DNA from: Eubacteriales bacterium | Lineage (GTDB): Bacteria > Bacillota > Clostridia > Oscillospirales > CAG-382 | Direction: 5' to 3' | Length of the DNA: 64,000 nt | Assembly: GCA_045531135.1 (NCBI GenBank) | Contig: JAZSDL010000026.1 | Span: 28,300-92,299 of the forward strand | Shown here: piece after piece, positions 9,213-19,157 of the stretch | Layout of the letters: every line of letters starts with the position of its first letter | Numbering within the stretch: position 1 is the stretch's first letter | Made by a program: the position numbers and the translations under genes | Notes under the pieces: model-generated | Told to the model about the DNA's origin: nothing | Databases searched by the model: none | The model's input: only the letters and a program-made list of their open reading frames with translations

Positions 9213-10382
9213 TTATTTAACAATCGCTTTAATAAACTTGTTCTTCCCTTTGTTGATAACATAAGCTCCGGCAGAATCGAGCACAGTATTCGGATCAACA
9301 ATTTGCTTGCCGTCGATCTTCACACCGCCGCCTTGGATCAGTCTGCGTGCTTCGCTGTTAGACGGCGCAAGTCCTGATGAACTCAGCACCTCGAGCAACC
9401 TGATACCGACAGCAAACTCGCGTTCTTCGATATCCTGAGGAACGCCGCCACCTGCTACGCTTGCGTATCTTGCGGCAGCAGGCGCAACAGCTTGTTCTCC
9501 GTGATAAAGCGTTACTATTGCCTCGGCATAGAGATTATGCGCTTTACGGATATCGGTTTCACAAAGCGATTTATACTTTTCCTCATCAAGATCAGTAGTA
9601 AGATTAAAGTATGTAAGAAGAAGATTATCGGGCACCTTCATACACTTTTCATACATTATTTCCGCGGGTTCATCAATACCTATGTAGTTATCCAACGATT
9701 TGGACATCTTCTCAACACCGTCAAGACCGGGGAGCAACGGAAAGGTAATAACCTCCTGAGACGTTTGACCATAGTCCTTCTGAAGCTCACGTCCAACTAA
9801 TAGATTGAACGTCTGGTCATTACCGCCGACCTCAATATCCGCTTCAAGAGCTACACTGTCATAGCCCTGCATAAGAGGATAAAACAGTTCGTGCATACCG
9901 ATAGGACGCTGTTCAGCATAACGCTTTGCAAAGTCATCACGTTCGAGAATACGCGCAAGAGTATATTTTCCTGCCAGAGACAGAACATCCTCGAAGCTCA
10001 TTTTACCGAGCCAATCGGAATTATAAACAATTCTTGTTTTATCTTTATCAAGAATCTTAATTACCTGTTCGTAATAACTGACTGCATTTGCACGGGTCTG
10101 CTCGAACGTAAGCGGAACTCTGGTTTTACTTTTACCGGAAGGGTCGCCGATCATCGCAGTGAAGTCACCTATTACAAATATGATTTCATGTCCGAGATCC
10201 TGAAGCATTTTAAGCTTACGAAGAACCACGGAATGTCCCAAATGAAGATCAGGACGACTGGGATCAGCGCCCATTTTGATCTTTAACTTTTTTCCGCTTT
10301 CGAGCTTGTCCTTAAGTCCCTCTGCAGAATAAACGCTTAATGCATCACGCATTATATTATCGTAAACCTGTTGAATAGTCAT
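9213..10382 (-). CDS. tyrS: tyrosine--tRNA ligase (short, type-2-like form with C-terminal S4 domain)
   Basis: HIGH motif appears as DLHLGH and the KMSKS motif as KMSKSLDNYI. The core reads GDFTAMIGDPSGKS. The C-terminus carries an S4-like SNSEARRLIQGGGVKIDG. Confidence 0.95.
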   Translation of the reverse strand: MTIQQVYDNIMRDALSVYSAEGLKDKLESGKKLKIKMGADPSRPDLHLGHSVVLRKLKMLQDLGHEIIFVIGDFTAMIGDPSGKSKTRVPLTFEQTRANAVSYYEQVIKILDKDKTRIVYNSDWLGKMSFEDVLSLAGKYTLARILERDDFAKRYAEQRPIGMHELFYPLMQGYDSVALEADIEVGGNDQTFNLLVGRELQKDYGQTSQEVITFPLLPGLDGVEKMSKSLDNYIGIDEPAEIMYEKCMKVPDNLLLTYFNLTTDLDEEKYKSLCETDIRKAHNLYAEAIVTLYHGEQAVAPAAARYASVAGGGVPQDIEEREFAVGIRLLEVLSSSGLAPSNSEARRLIQGGGVKIDGKQIVDPNTVLDSAGAYVINKGKNKFIKAIVK

Positions 10383-10397
10383 TGTAAACCTCTTAAA

Positions 10398-11906
10398 CTA
10401 TATAGAATATAGATCTCCGTCAAGAATCGGAATAGTAATCACATCAAACTTAGAAAGCAGTTCTTCGTTAATAACAACTTTATCATAGAACGACTGGACA
10501 TATTCTCCAAATGCGGTCATTGCAAGATCGTCCTCGATGGTGGTATAAATATCGGAAGTAATGTCGTCTTTGGTAAACGCAAGACGTCTCACAATATACG
10601 TGCCTTCGCCGGTATATTCTTTTTCCGTGAACTCGCCGTCTTCAAGTTCCTCGATTATCTTTAAAATTTCCGAACCCGAAGTGTCATCCTTTTGAACAAA
10701 GCTCGGATCCATAAGAGCATAATACTCTTTGGAATCGGTTTCATCGGGATATTTTTCGGTTTCGCCGTTCTTGAGCTTCTCATAAAGCTCAAGCGCTTCA
10801 TCACGAATTTCCTTAGCCGTCATTGCTTCGATCGTAGCGTCCTTATAACCGCCTGCGGTTGTACCGTCGTCGCCGGTTGTTCCGTTAAAATCCTCATCGG
10901 TCTTTTCAAGCTTTTCTATAACGTGATAGCCGTATTCAGACTCAACAAGTCGGAATTCACCCACTTTCATTTCAAAAGAAGCGGTCTCAAACGTCTTTAC
11001 CATTGTTCCGTATGTGAACACATACTCATATCCGCTGTCCTCGCTTTGAGATTTAAGATCATCAAAGGTTTTTTCACCGGACTGAAGCTGCTTAAGAGCA
11101 GTCTCTGCTGCCGATTTTTTTTCAGCAACCTTATCGTCGCTCAGCTTACTGTTGGACGAATCGACGGTTTTGTAAAGTATATGACGTACCTTTACAAAAT
11201 TATCATCAAAATATGCTTCAACCTCGTCGTCGTCAAATTCAAACGTATAAGCATCACCTGTTGTAAAATCAACATATGCAAACTGCGCGCAATCATATCT
11301 GTAATAATCGTTTATGAACTCCTCATAAACATTTTCGGCAGGGACAGATGCAATACCGTTCTCGCCGTAACGGTAATCGCGTATCAAAGTATAATTGATA
11401 TTCGCCTCGAGATATCTCTTGATTGCGGATTTTGAAATGCCGAGTTTGGCGAGCTCAATTTCAAACAGATCGGTACCGCCGTAGGCGATCTCCATATCCG
11501 AAAGCGCAGTATCGATACTGTCAATATCGCTTTGATCGGTAATGGTTATACCCGCATCTGCACACAGTTGTTCGAAAATCAGCATCTGCTGACCGAATTC
11601 TATCGAAATTTCGGTGATATATTCGGCCATAGTCATATCTTCTGACATTTGCATTTCCAAAATGTCGGATTCTTTATAGGTAACACCATAGCTCGACATA
11701 TAATTCTGATAATAAGTGACTATCTGGCTTTTGAAAACGCTTATGATATACATAAACTCTTGCTCGTTAAGGGTATAGTCGCCATATCTCATAACGATTT
11801 TTTCGTCATCAACAACAGACGAGCCACTATCGTTTTTACAAGAAGTCATCGAAATCAGCAAAACAACTGCCAATAAAAACGAAATGATTTTGGTAAATGA
11901 TTTCAT
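10398..11906 (-). CDS. PrsA/SurA-like peptidylprolyl isomerase lipoprotein (parvulin domain)
   Basis: Lipobox LISMTSC follows a signal peptide. The parvulin-type block reads VRHILYKT...FDDLKSQSEDSG...MVKTFETASFEMKVGEF..SEYGYHVI. The start was moved to ATG 11906, which follows AAAGG; the track starts at a TTG at 11915. Confidence 0.8.
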   Translation of the reverse strand: MKSFTKIISFLLAVVLLISMTSCKNDSGSSVVDDEKIVMRYGDYTLNEQEFMYIISVFKSQIVTYYQNYMSSYGVTYKESDILEMQMSEDMTMAEYITEISIEFGQQMLIFEQLCADAGITITDQSDIDSIDTALSDMEIAYGGTDLFEIELAKLGISKSAIKRYLEANINYTLIRDYRYGENGIASVPAENVYEEFINDYYRYDCAQFAYVDFTTGDAYTFEFDDDEVEAYFDDNFVKVRHILYKTVDSSNSKLSDDKVAEKKSAAETALKQLQSGEKTFDDLKSQSEDSGYEYVFTYGTMVKTFETASFEMKVGEFRLVESEYGYHVIEKLEKTDEDFNGTTGDDGTTAGGYKDATIEAMTAKEIRDEALELYEKLKNGETEKYPDETDSKEYYALMDPSFVQKDDTSGSEILKIIEELEDGEFTEKEYTGEGTYIVRRLAFTKDDITSDIYTTIEDDLAMTAFGEYVQSFYDKVVINEELLSKFDVITIPILDGDLYSI

Positions 11907-11970
11907 TGTCTTCAACCTTTCAAAATTAACACTGAAGAACAGTATACAACATATTTTTTAATTTGTCTAC

Positions 11971-14900
11971 CTAATTTTTTGTTAATTTTGAATATCTTTC
12001 AATAATATTCTCACAAATATCAAGATTTTTCTCACCATCACGAATTTTATAGGAAATATGCGGACGGCCGCCAAGCGATATCATAACGGCTCCTTTAAAC
12101 GGTTCTTCGGAAGCAATGACGGCGCAACGCTCGATGTCTATATCGGGATTATACAGCGTTAACAATCTCTGATTTTGCTCGATAGAAGTGAAGTTATACT
12201 CCATGGCTGTATTTCTAATGCGAGAAATTCGCATCAAATTCATAACCGAAATCGGAATATCTCCAAAACGATCATTGAGTTCATCAATCAGATCGTCAAA
12301 ATCATCTTCATTAACAACTGCTGCGATCTTTTTATAAACGTCAATTCTCAACGGCAGCGACTCGATATACTGTTCCGGAATGAAAGCATCGACCGATATA
12401 TCGATCGTACAATTCTTTTCCGCTTTGGGTGCAATGCCCTTCTCAGCGTTAATTGCATCCTCGAGGATTTTTATATACAAATCGTAACCTATTGCCTCAA
12501 GATGCCCGCTTTGCTCGGCACCGAGAAGATTGCCTGCACCGCGTATTTCCAGATCGCGCATCGCAATCTTAAAGCCCGAACCGAATTCGGTAAATTCGCG
12601 TATTGCGGCCAAACGCTTCTCGGCTATCTCGTTAACAACAGCTCCGGCACGGTAAGTTAGATAGGCATATGCCTTACGTGTAGAGCGCCCAACTCTGCCG
12701 CGTATTTGATGCAACTGAGAAAGTCCCATTTTATCGGCATTTTCTATTACAAGCGTATTTGCATTTGGAACATTCACGCCCGATTCAATTATAGTTGTGC
12801 AAATAAGTATATCAATGTTGCCGTCAACCATATCCGACCAGACATCCGACAATTCCTCTTTATCCATCTTCCCGTGACCGACTGCAATATTAGCATCCGG
12901 GAAAGCGTTTCTTATCTGCGCCGCCTTTGAATAAATGGAATCTACGTAGTTGTGCAAATAAAAGACCTGACCGCCGCGCCTTAATTCACGGCGTATCGCC
13001 TCAAGCACAACTTCTTCATCGTGTTCCAAAACAAAAGTTTGAACAGGCACTCTGTCAGTCGGTGCCTCTTCAAGCACCGACATATCGCGTATTCCGCTCA
13101 AAGCCATATTAAGTGTTCTCGGAATCGGGGTGGCGGTGAGTGTCAACACATCAACACCTTTTGACAGCTCTTTAAGCTTCTCTTTGTGAGAAACTCCGAA
13201 TCGTTGCTCTTCATCAACAACCAATAAACCAAGATCCTTAAACTCAATGTCCTTTTGCAATAAACGATGCGTACCGACAACTATGTCAACAGTACCCTTT
13301 TTAAGTCCATCGATTATCTCGGCTTGTTCTTTCGGAGAAACAAACCGCGAGAGCATTTTTATATTAACCGGATATCCTCTAAAACGTGCTTGTATTGTAC
13401 GAAAATGCTGAAAAGCTAATATGGTCGTCGGCACAAGAACCGCCGCTTGCTTTCCTGCGAAAACACATTTGAATACCGCCCTTAAAGAAACCTCGGTCTT
13501 GCCAAATCCAACATCACCGCAAAGCAACCTGTCCATTGGATACGGATTTTCCATATCTTTTTTTATTTCCGCAGATGCACGATACTGACCGTCGGTTTCC
13601 ACATACTCGAATCCCGCCTCAAACTCGTCCTGAAGCTCGTCATCGGGCGGAAAAGAAAATCCCTCGATACTTCGACGCTCTGCATAGAGTTTTATAAGCT
13701 CTTTTGCAATATTGGATGCCGATGCCTTCGCACGCGCCTTTGCGCGTTTCCATTCGGAACCGCCCATTTTTGAAAGCTTGGTATCTTCCGCACCGATATA
13801 TTTACTGACCATATCAAGCTGGTCACACGGAATATACAGAATACCGTTGTCGGCATAGACAATTTTAATATAGTCTCTCGAAACATCCTGTGATACCAGA
13901 TTTTTTATACCGTCATATCTTCCGATACCGTGGTTAACATGAACCACAAGATCGCCGCTCTTTAAATCGGCATAAGATGATATTTTTTCACCCTTGGATA
14001 CCTTTGTATTGCGTCTTTTTCTGCGAAGCTCCTCTCGAGGACGCATCGACATATAATCCGTCAATAATACGAATCCGCTTTTAGGAAGCTCAAATCCCGA
14101 CTTGATCACCTCGGCATCATTCACCGCAACCGCCACACGCGCTTCGTACAAATCTCCCGCATACGGATAAGCCGAAATACCGTTATCCCCCAACATTTCA
14201 ATCATAGCGTTAGCGGAATGTTCGTTAGTACACAAGAGCATGATCCGTCTGGATGCAGAAATATATTCTTCGAGATCATCAATAAAAATGTCATTCTTAT
14301 CGGTCATCTGAAGAGTGGGTTTTGTAAAAAAGCTATACTCCGCCAAGGCGTTAATCAATTTGCCCGTATTTTGCAATGTTTCTATTGAAACTGTTGTTTT
14401 ACCGAATTTATCGAATAACCGTTCGCAACTGCAATATGGGCAAACGTTTTTCATTCTGCACAAGCCGTTAGCAGCAAGCGTTTCAATAATAGAATCGTTA
14501 GAATGAGCAAATCCTTTTGCGCGTTCTTCGATCCTCTTTGCTCCAAATACAAATCTAACCGCATCATCGGCAATATCAAGCAACGTTTGTTTTTCTGAAT
14601 AAATTAACGAGAAATACTTATCGGCAAAAACATTTTTATTGCCGTTTTCGACCGCTTCAATTTCCGAAAGCAAAACCTGACGATACTTTTCCGGACCGGC
14701 GAAATTTTTGATCAGACTATTGATTTCTCTTTTCATAGCCAATCTGGCATTTTCAGAGGGCAAAACCTCGTTACACGGAATTATCGTGATGGTGTCCGCA
14801 TTCTCGGTTCTTCTTTGGGAAACAACGTCAAAATAACCTATAAGATCGACCTCATCGCCCCAAAAATCAATTCTAACCGGATAGTTGTAGTTCGGAGAGA

Positions 14901-15444
14901 AAATATCAACAATACCGCCTCTGACCGAAAACTGACCTATTCCTTCTACAATTTCGGTTCGGGTGTATCCCATTCTTTCTAACCTGACGCATATTTCGTC
15001 AATATCGCAACTATCACCATACGAAACCGTAAAGCTATTCTCTTTCAGAACTGATACGGGCATCGAATATTGCATCAAGGCATCGGGAACGGTAACAACA
15101 ATATCATATTCCCCGCTCGAAACCGCCTCGAGAACAGCAAGTCGCTCGTGCTCCCATTCTCTTGAATATGCAGTTATATTTTCAAATACAAAATCTCTTG
15201 CAGGATAAAACAACACTCTGTCAAAAAAAATTCTGAAAATATCTATAACCGCATTGGCTTCTTTTTCTTCGGGCATTATAACAATACCCTTTTTCCCCGT
15301 GTCTTTCAGCATTGCCGCAACCAAAAAAGGGCGTGCGGAACCGCACATACCGTTTATAACACAGGGTATGTGTCCTTCGTAAAAACCATTGATAAGCGCT
15401 TTATACTCATTATCGTTGGCAAATTGTTCAAGTATTGTTTTCAT
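11971..15444 (-). CDS. mfd: transcription-repair coupling factor
   Basis: 1157 aa. It has a UvrB-homology N-terminus, a CarD-like domain (GDLVVHVNHGIGRY) and SF2 helicase motifs (GDVGFGKTEV, DEEQRFG). A TRG motif region and the C-terminal D7 domain are also present. Confidence 0.97.
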   Translation of the reverse strand: MKTILEQFANDNEYKALINGFYEGHIPCVINGMCGSARPFLVAAMLKDTGKKGIVIMPEEKEANAVIDIFRIFFDRVLFYPARDFVFENITAYSREWEHERLAVLEAVSSGEYDIVVTVPDALMQYSMPVSVLKENSFTVSYGDSCDIDEICVRLERMGYTRTEIVEGIGQFSVRGGIVDIFSPNYNYPVRIDFWGDEVDLIGYFDVVSQRRTENADTITIIPCNEVLPSENARLAMKREINSLIKNFAGPEKYRQVLLSEIEAVENGNKNVFADKYFSLIYSEKQTLLDIADDAVRFVFGAKRIEERAKGFAHSNDSIIETLAANGLCRMKNVCPYCSCERLFDKFGKTTVSIETLQNTGKLINALAEYSFFTKPTLQMTDKNDIFIDDLEEYISASRRIMLLCTNEHSANAMIEMLGDNGISAYPYAGDLYEARVAVAVNDAEVIKSGFELPKSGFVLLTDYMSMRPREELRRKRRNTKVSKGEKISSYADLKSGDLVVHVNHGIGRYDGIKNLVSQDVSRDYIKIVYADNGILYIPCDQLDMVSKYIGAEDTKLSKMGGSEWKRAKARAKASASNIAKELIKLYAERRSIEGFSFPPDDELQDEFEAGFEYVETDGQYRASAEIKKDMENPYPMDRLLCGDVGFGKTEVSLRAVFKCVFAGKQAAVLVPTTILAFQHFRTIQARFRGYPVNIKMLSRFVSPKEQAEIIDGLKKGTVDIVVGTHRLLQKDIEFKDLGLLVVDEEQRFGVSHKEKLKELSKGVDVLTLTATPIPRTLNMALSGIRDMSVLEEAPTDRVPVQTFVLEHDEEVVLEAIRRELRRGGQVFYLHNYVDSIYSKAAQIRNAFPDANIAVGHGKMDKEELSDVWSDMVDGNIDILICTTIIESGVNVPNANTLVIENADKMGLSQLHQIRGRVGRSTRKAYAYLTYRAGAVVNEIAEKRLAAIREFTEFGSGFKIAMRDLEIRGAGNLLGAEQSGHLEAIGYDLYIKILEDAINAEKGIAPKAEKNCTIDISVDAFIPEQYIESLPLRIDVYKKIAAVVNEDDFDDLIDELNDRFGDIPISVMNLMRISRIRNTAMEYNFTSIEQNQRLLTLYNPDIDIERCAVIASEEPFKGAVMISLGGRPHISYKIRDGEKNLDICENIIERYSKLTKN

Positions 15445-16067
15445 TAATCCACCTTATTTGAACCAATCGGATTAAACTTGTCTATTGCATGATCAACGCT
15501 ATACTTAAAAATATCGCCCAGCGCTTGCTTTATCACGCAAAATTCAGATTCGATCAATAAAGATTCTTCCGGAGTGATTTTTGACAAAACAAATTTAGAC
15601 ATATCCCATTTCTCGGGTTTTATGCCTACTCCTATTCTGATTCGGACAAAATCCCCGTTGCCAATATGTTGAATGATCGATTTAAGTCCGTTATGTCCGC
15701 CGGCCCCGCCACCCTTTTTAATACGAAACTCACCTGCGGGCAGCGTAATATCATCATGTATAACAATCAATTGTTTCGAGTTCATTTTATAATAATTCAA
15801 AACGTCTTGAACAGCCATTCCGGAATTGTTCATAAACGTCTGCGGCTTGACAAAATAAACTATATAGCCATCAAGAACACATTTATCACAAAGCGCCGAA
15901 TGAAGCTTACGCTTACAACCACGGCTTACGTCGCATTGAGAATCTATATAATCAACCGCCTTAAAACCAACATTATGACGTGTATCTTCATATCTCGTTC
16001 CGGGGTTTCCCAATCCGACAATAATATATTCAGGATGCTCGCCCGGATTCACATTTGAAAAACGCAA
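15444..16067 (-). CDS. pth: peptidyl-tRNA hydrolase
   Basis: Motifs are IIVGLGNPGTRYEDTRHNVGF and GHNGLKSI. The start is uncertain. I prefer TTG 16067, 7 nt after AGGAG, but the ORF extends to ATG 16130 and GTG 16052 is also possible. The stop overlaps the mfd ATG by 1 nt (TAATG). Confidence 0.88.
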   Translation of the reverse strand: MRFSNVNPGEHPEYIIVGLGNPGTRYEDTRHNVGFKAVDYIDSQCDVSRGCKRKLHSALCDKCVLDGYIVYFVKPQTFMNNSGMAVQDVLNYYKMNSKQLIVIHDDITLPAGEFRIKKGGGAGGHNGLKSIIQHIGNGDFVRIRIGVGIKPEKWDMSKFVLSKITPEESLLIESEFCVIKQALGDIFKYSVDHAIDKFNPIGSNKVD

Positions 16068-16175
16068 AACCCACACTCCTACTGCAATTTTGTATATTTT
16101 ATCGGTTTTTATACTTTTTGTCAAGCACATGGGTTATTATATATGAAGAAAACACTCAAAAATAAGGAAATACTA

Positions 16176-16203
16176 TTGACAAATTTTGGTTTTGTAATAT
16201 AAT
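16176..16203 (+). promoter_or_regulatory. candidate sigma-A promoter for ppdK
   Basis: TTGACA (16176-16181), 16 nt spacer, TATAAT (16198-16203). It lies 35 nt upstream of the ppdK ATG. Confidence 0.6.
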
Positions 16204-16237
16204 GTTATGTTGTAAATTAAATTTTGGAGGAACTACA

Positions 16238-18868
16238 ATGTCCAGAAAGTATGTATATCTCTTTTCCGAAGGCAATGGCACGATGAGAGAACTTCTCGGC
16301 GGCAAGGGTGCTAACTTGGCCGAGATGACCAACCTTGGTCTCCCTGTACCTCAAGGTTTCACTATTTCTACCGAAGCTTGTACTCAGTATTATGAGGACG
16401 GAAAAGTCATAAACGACGAAATCGTCGCACAAATCACCGAAAATATCGAAAAAATGGAAGCCATCACCGGCAAGAAGTTCGGCGATAAGGAGAATCCTCT
16501 TCTCGTTTCCGTTCGCTCCGGCGCAAGAGCATCCATGCCCGGTATGATGGATACCATCCTCAACCTCGGTCTTAACGAAGAGGTTGTTGAGGTTCTTTCT
16601 GCAAAGTCCGGAAATCCCCGTTGGGCTTGGGACTGCTACAGAAGATTTATTCAAATGTTCTCCGACGTCGTTATGGAAGTCGGCAAAAAATATTTTGAAG
16701 AGCTTATCGACAAAATGAAGGAAGAAAAGGGCGTTACTCAGGACGTTGATCTTACTGCTGACGACCTTAAGGAGCTTGCTAATCAGTTCAAAGCCGAGTA
16801 TAAGGCAAAAATCGGCTCCGACTTCCCTGCTGATCCCCGCGTTCAGTTAATGGAAGCTATCAAGGCAGTTTTCCGTTCTTGGGACAACCCCAGAGCAAAC
16901 ATTTACCGTCGTGATAACGATATTCCTTATTCTTGGGGTACTGCAGTTAACGTTCAGATGATGGTATTCGGTAATATGGGTAACACCTCGGGTACCGGCG
17001 TTGCATTCACTCGTGATCCTGCAACCGGCGAAAAGAAGCTTATGGGCGAATTTCTTATGAATGCTCAGGGCGAAGACGTTGTTGCAGGTGTTCGTACTCC
17101 TCAGAAGATCGAACAGCTCAAAGAGGTTATGCCCGAGGTTTACGAGAAGTTTGTCGGCATTTGCGGCATTCTCGAGAACCACTACAGAGATATGCAGGAT
17201 ATGGAGTTTACCATCGAAGATAAAAAGCTCTATATGCTCCAGACCAGAAACGGCAAGAGAACTGCACAGGCGGCTCTTAAGATCGCGTGCGACCTCGTTG
17301 ATGAGAAGATGATCGATGAGAAGCAGGCAGTCAAGATGATCGATCCCCGTAACCTCGATACCCTTCTCCACCCGCAGTTTGATGCAAAGGCGCTTAAAGC
17401 GGCAGCTCCTATCGGCAGAGCATTGGGCGCTTCTCCCGGAGCAGCTTGCGGTAAGGCTGTATTCACCGCAAACGATGCTAAGGAATGGGCAGATCGCGGC
17501 GAAAAGGTCATTCTCGTCCGCCTCGAAACCTCTCCCGAGGATATCGAGGGTATGAAGGCAGCACAGGGTATCCTCACCGCACGCGGCGGTATGACATCTC
17601 ACGCAGCAGTTGTTGCAAGAGGCATGGGTACTTGTTGTGTATCCGGTTGCGGCGATATCAAAATGGACGAAGCTAACAAGAAATTCACTCTTGGCGGCAA
17701 GGTATACAACGAGGGCGATTGCATTTCGCTCGATGGCTCTACCGGTAATATCTACGACGGTATTATCCCCACTGTTGATGCTACTATCGCAGGCGAATTC
17801 GGCAGAATTATGGAATGGGCTGACAAGTATCGTACCATGAAGGTTCGTACCAACGCAGACACCCCTGCTGATGCTAAGAAAGCCCGTGAGCTTGGCGCAG
17901 AAGGTATCGGTCTCTGCCGTACCGAGCATATGTTCTTCGAGGCAGACAGAATCGCAGCTTTCCGCGAAATGATCTGCTCCGACACCGTTGAAGAAAGAGA
18001 AGCCGCACTTGAGAAGATCCTTCCCATGCAGCAGGGCGACTTTGAGGCACTTTACGAAGCACTCGAGGGTAATCCCGTTACTATTCGTTTCCTCGATCCT
18101 CCTCTTCATGAGTTTGTTCCCACCGAGGAAGAAGACATCAAGAAGCTCGCAGATGCTCAGGGCAAAACCGTTGAGCAGATCAAGGGCATTATCGATTCTC
18201 TCCATGAATTCAACCCCATGATGGGACACAGAGGATGCCGTCTTGCTGTAACCTATCCCGAAATTGCTAAGATGCAGACCAAGGCAGTTATCCGTGCTGC
18301 TATAAACGTACAGAAGGCACATCCCGATTGGTGTGTAAAGCCCGAGATCATGATTCCTCTCGTTGGCGATGTAAAAGAATTCAAGTTCGTTAAGAAGCTC
18401 GTTGTAGAAACCGCTGATGCAGAGATTGCGGTTGCTAACTCCGATCTCAAGTACGAGGTTGGTACTATGATCGAGATACCGAGAGCGGCTCTTACCGCCG
18501 ATGAAATCGCTGCCGATGCAGATTTCTTCTGCTTCGGTACCAACGACCTCACTCAGATGACATACGGCTTCTCCCGTGACGATGCCGGCAAGTTCCTCGA
18601 CTGCTACTACGACACCAAGATCTTCGAAAACGATCCGTTTGCAAAGCTCGATAAGGTCGGTGTCGGCAAGCTTATGGAAACCGCCATCAAGCTCGGCAAA
18701 CCCGTAAATAATAAGCTCCATGTCGGTATCTGCGGCGAACACGGCGGCGATCCCTACTCTGTTGAATACTGCAACGAAATCGGTCTTGACTACGTTTCTT
18801 GCTCGCCCTTCAGGGTTCCGATAGCTCGCTTGGCTGCTGCCCAGGCTGCAATAAGGGCTAATAGCTAA
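16238..18868 (+). CDS. ppdK: pyruvate, phosphate dikinase
   Basis: About 876 aa. The N-terminus reads MSRKYVYLFSEGNG..LLGGKGANLAEM. The phosphohistidine region is GGMTSHAAVVARGMG. The PEP-utilising C-terminus contains GLCRTEHMF and CFGTNDLTQ. The start was moved to ATG 16238, which follows GGAGG. Confidence 0.97.
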   Translation: MSRKYVYLFSEGNGTMRELLGGKGANLAEMTNLGLPVPQGFTISTEACTQYYEDGKVINDEIVAQITENIEKMEAITGKKFGDKENPLLVSVRSGARASMPGMMDTILNLGLNEEVVEVLSAKSGNPRWAWDCYRRFIQMFSDVVMEVGKKYFEELIDKMKEEKGVTQDVDLTADDLKELANQFKAEYKAKIGSDFPADPRVQLMEAIKAVFRSWDNPRANIYRRDNDIPYSWGTAVNVQMMVFGNMGNTSGTGVAFTRDPATGEKKLMGEFLMNAQGEDVVAGVRTPQKIEQLKEVMPEVYEKFVGICGILENHYRDMQDMEFTIEDKKLYMLQTRNGKRTAQAALKIACDLVDEKMIDEKQAVKMIDPRNLDTLLHPQFDAKALKAAAPIGRALGASPGAACGKAVFTANDAKEWADRGEKVILVRLETSPEDIEGMKAAQGILTARGGMTSHAAVVARGMGTCCVSGCGDIKMDEANKKFTLGGKVYNEGDCISLDGSTGNIYDGIIPTVDATIAGEFGRIMEWADKYRTMKVRTNADTPADAKKARELGAEGIGLCRTEHMFFEADRIAAFREMICSDTVEEREAALEKILPMQQGDFEALYEALEGNPVTIRFLDPPLHEFVPTEEEDIKKLADAQGKTVEQIKGIIDSLHEFNPMMGHRGCRLAVTYPEIAKMQTKAVIRAAINVQKAHPDWCVKPEIMIPLVGDVKEFKFVKKLVVETADAEIAVANSDLKYEVGTMIEIPRAALTADEIAADADFFCFGTNDLTQMTYGFSRDDAGKFLDCYYDTKIFENDPFAKLDKVGVGKLMETAIKLGKPVNNKLHVGICGEHGGDPYSVEYCNEIGLDYVSCSPFRVPIARLAAAQAAIRANS

Positions 18869-18878
18869 CAATAAAATC

Positions 18879-18905
18879 GCTGGGAGAAATCCGAGCTATT
18901 TTTTG
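18879..18905 (+). terminator. weak terminator-like hairpin after ppdK
   Basis: Stem GCTGGG/CCGAGC with one mismatch and loop AGAAAT, followed by a T6 run (18899-18904). Confidence 0.4.
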
Positions 18906-19080
18906 TTAGCAGTTATGATTGCCTTCGGCAAGTTGTAGGGGTCGATGCCCACATCGACCCGTTATGATGTGCTCGCACAGTTATGATGCACCTTCGGTGC
19001 GGTTGTCATATTATAACGAACGCAAGGCGCTCTCATAACATTTGCCGCAGGCAAATTCATAACTCTAAACTCATAACTCA
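18905..19080. repeat. composite hairpin array: three GTTATGAT motifs, an axis, and three TCATAAC motifs, each adjacent to a short GC stem-loop
   Basis: GTTATGAT occurs at 18912, 18961 and 18980. TCATAAC occurs at 19033, 19057 and 19071. Local hairpins are TTGCC-TTC-GGCAA (18919-18931), GGGTCGATG-CCCA-CATCGACCC (18939-18960), GCACC-TTC-GGTGC (18988-19000) and TTTGCC-GCA-GGCAAA (19041-19055). Confidence 0.7.
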
Positions 19081-19157
19081 ACACTCGGCAGAGGGATTTT
19101 GCATATCTATCGAAATTCTTGTCGCAAATCAGTATAATAAAATTAAGAGGTGATTTT

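Noticed and set aside
10692-11435. A 247-aa ORF on the plus strand inside the PrsA-like gene.
   Set aside because: It is antisense to a gene with a clear lipobox and parvulin domain, and its translation is Ile/Phe/Lys-rich AT-bias noise.
16847-18871. A 674-aa ORF on the minus strand.
   Set aside because: It is antisense to ppdK and has the same shadow-ORF character. ppdK is complete and carries all catalytic motifs on the plus strand.
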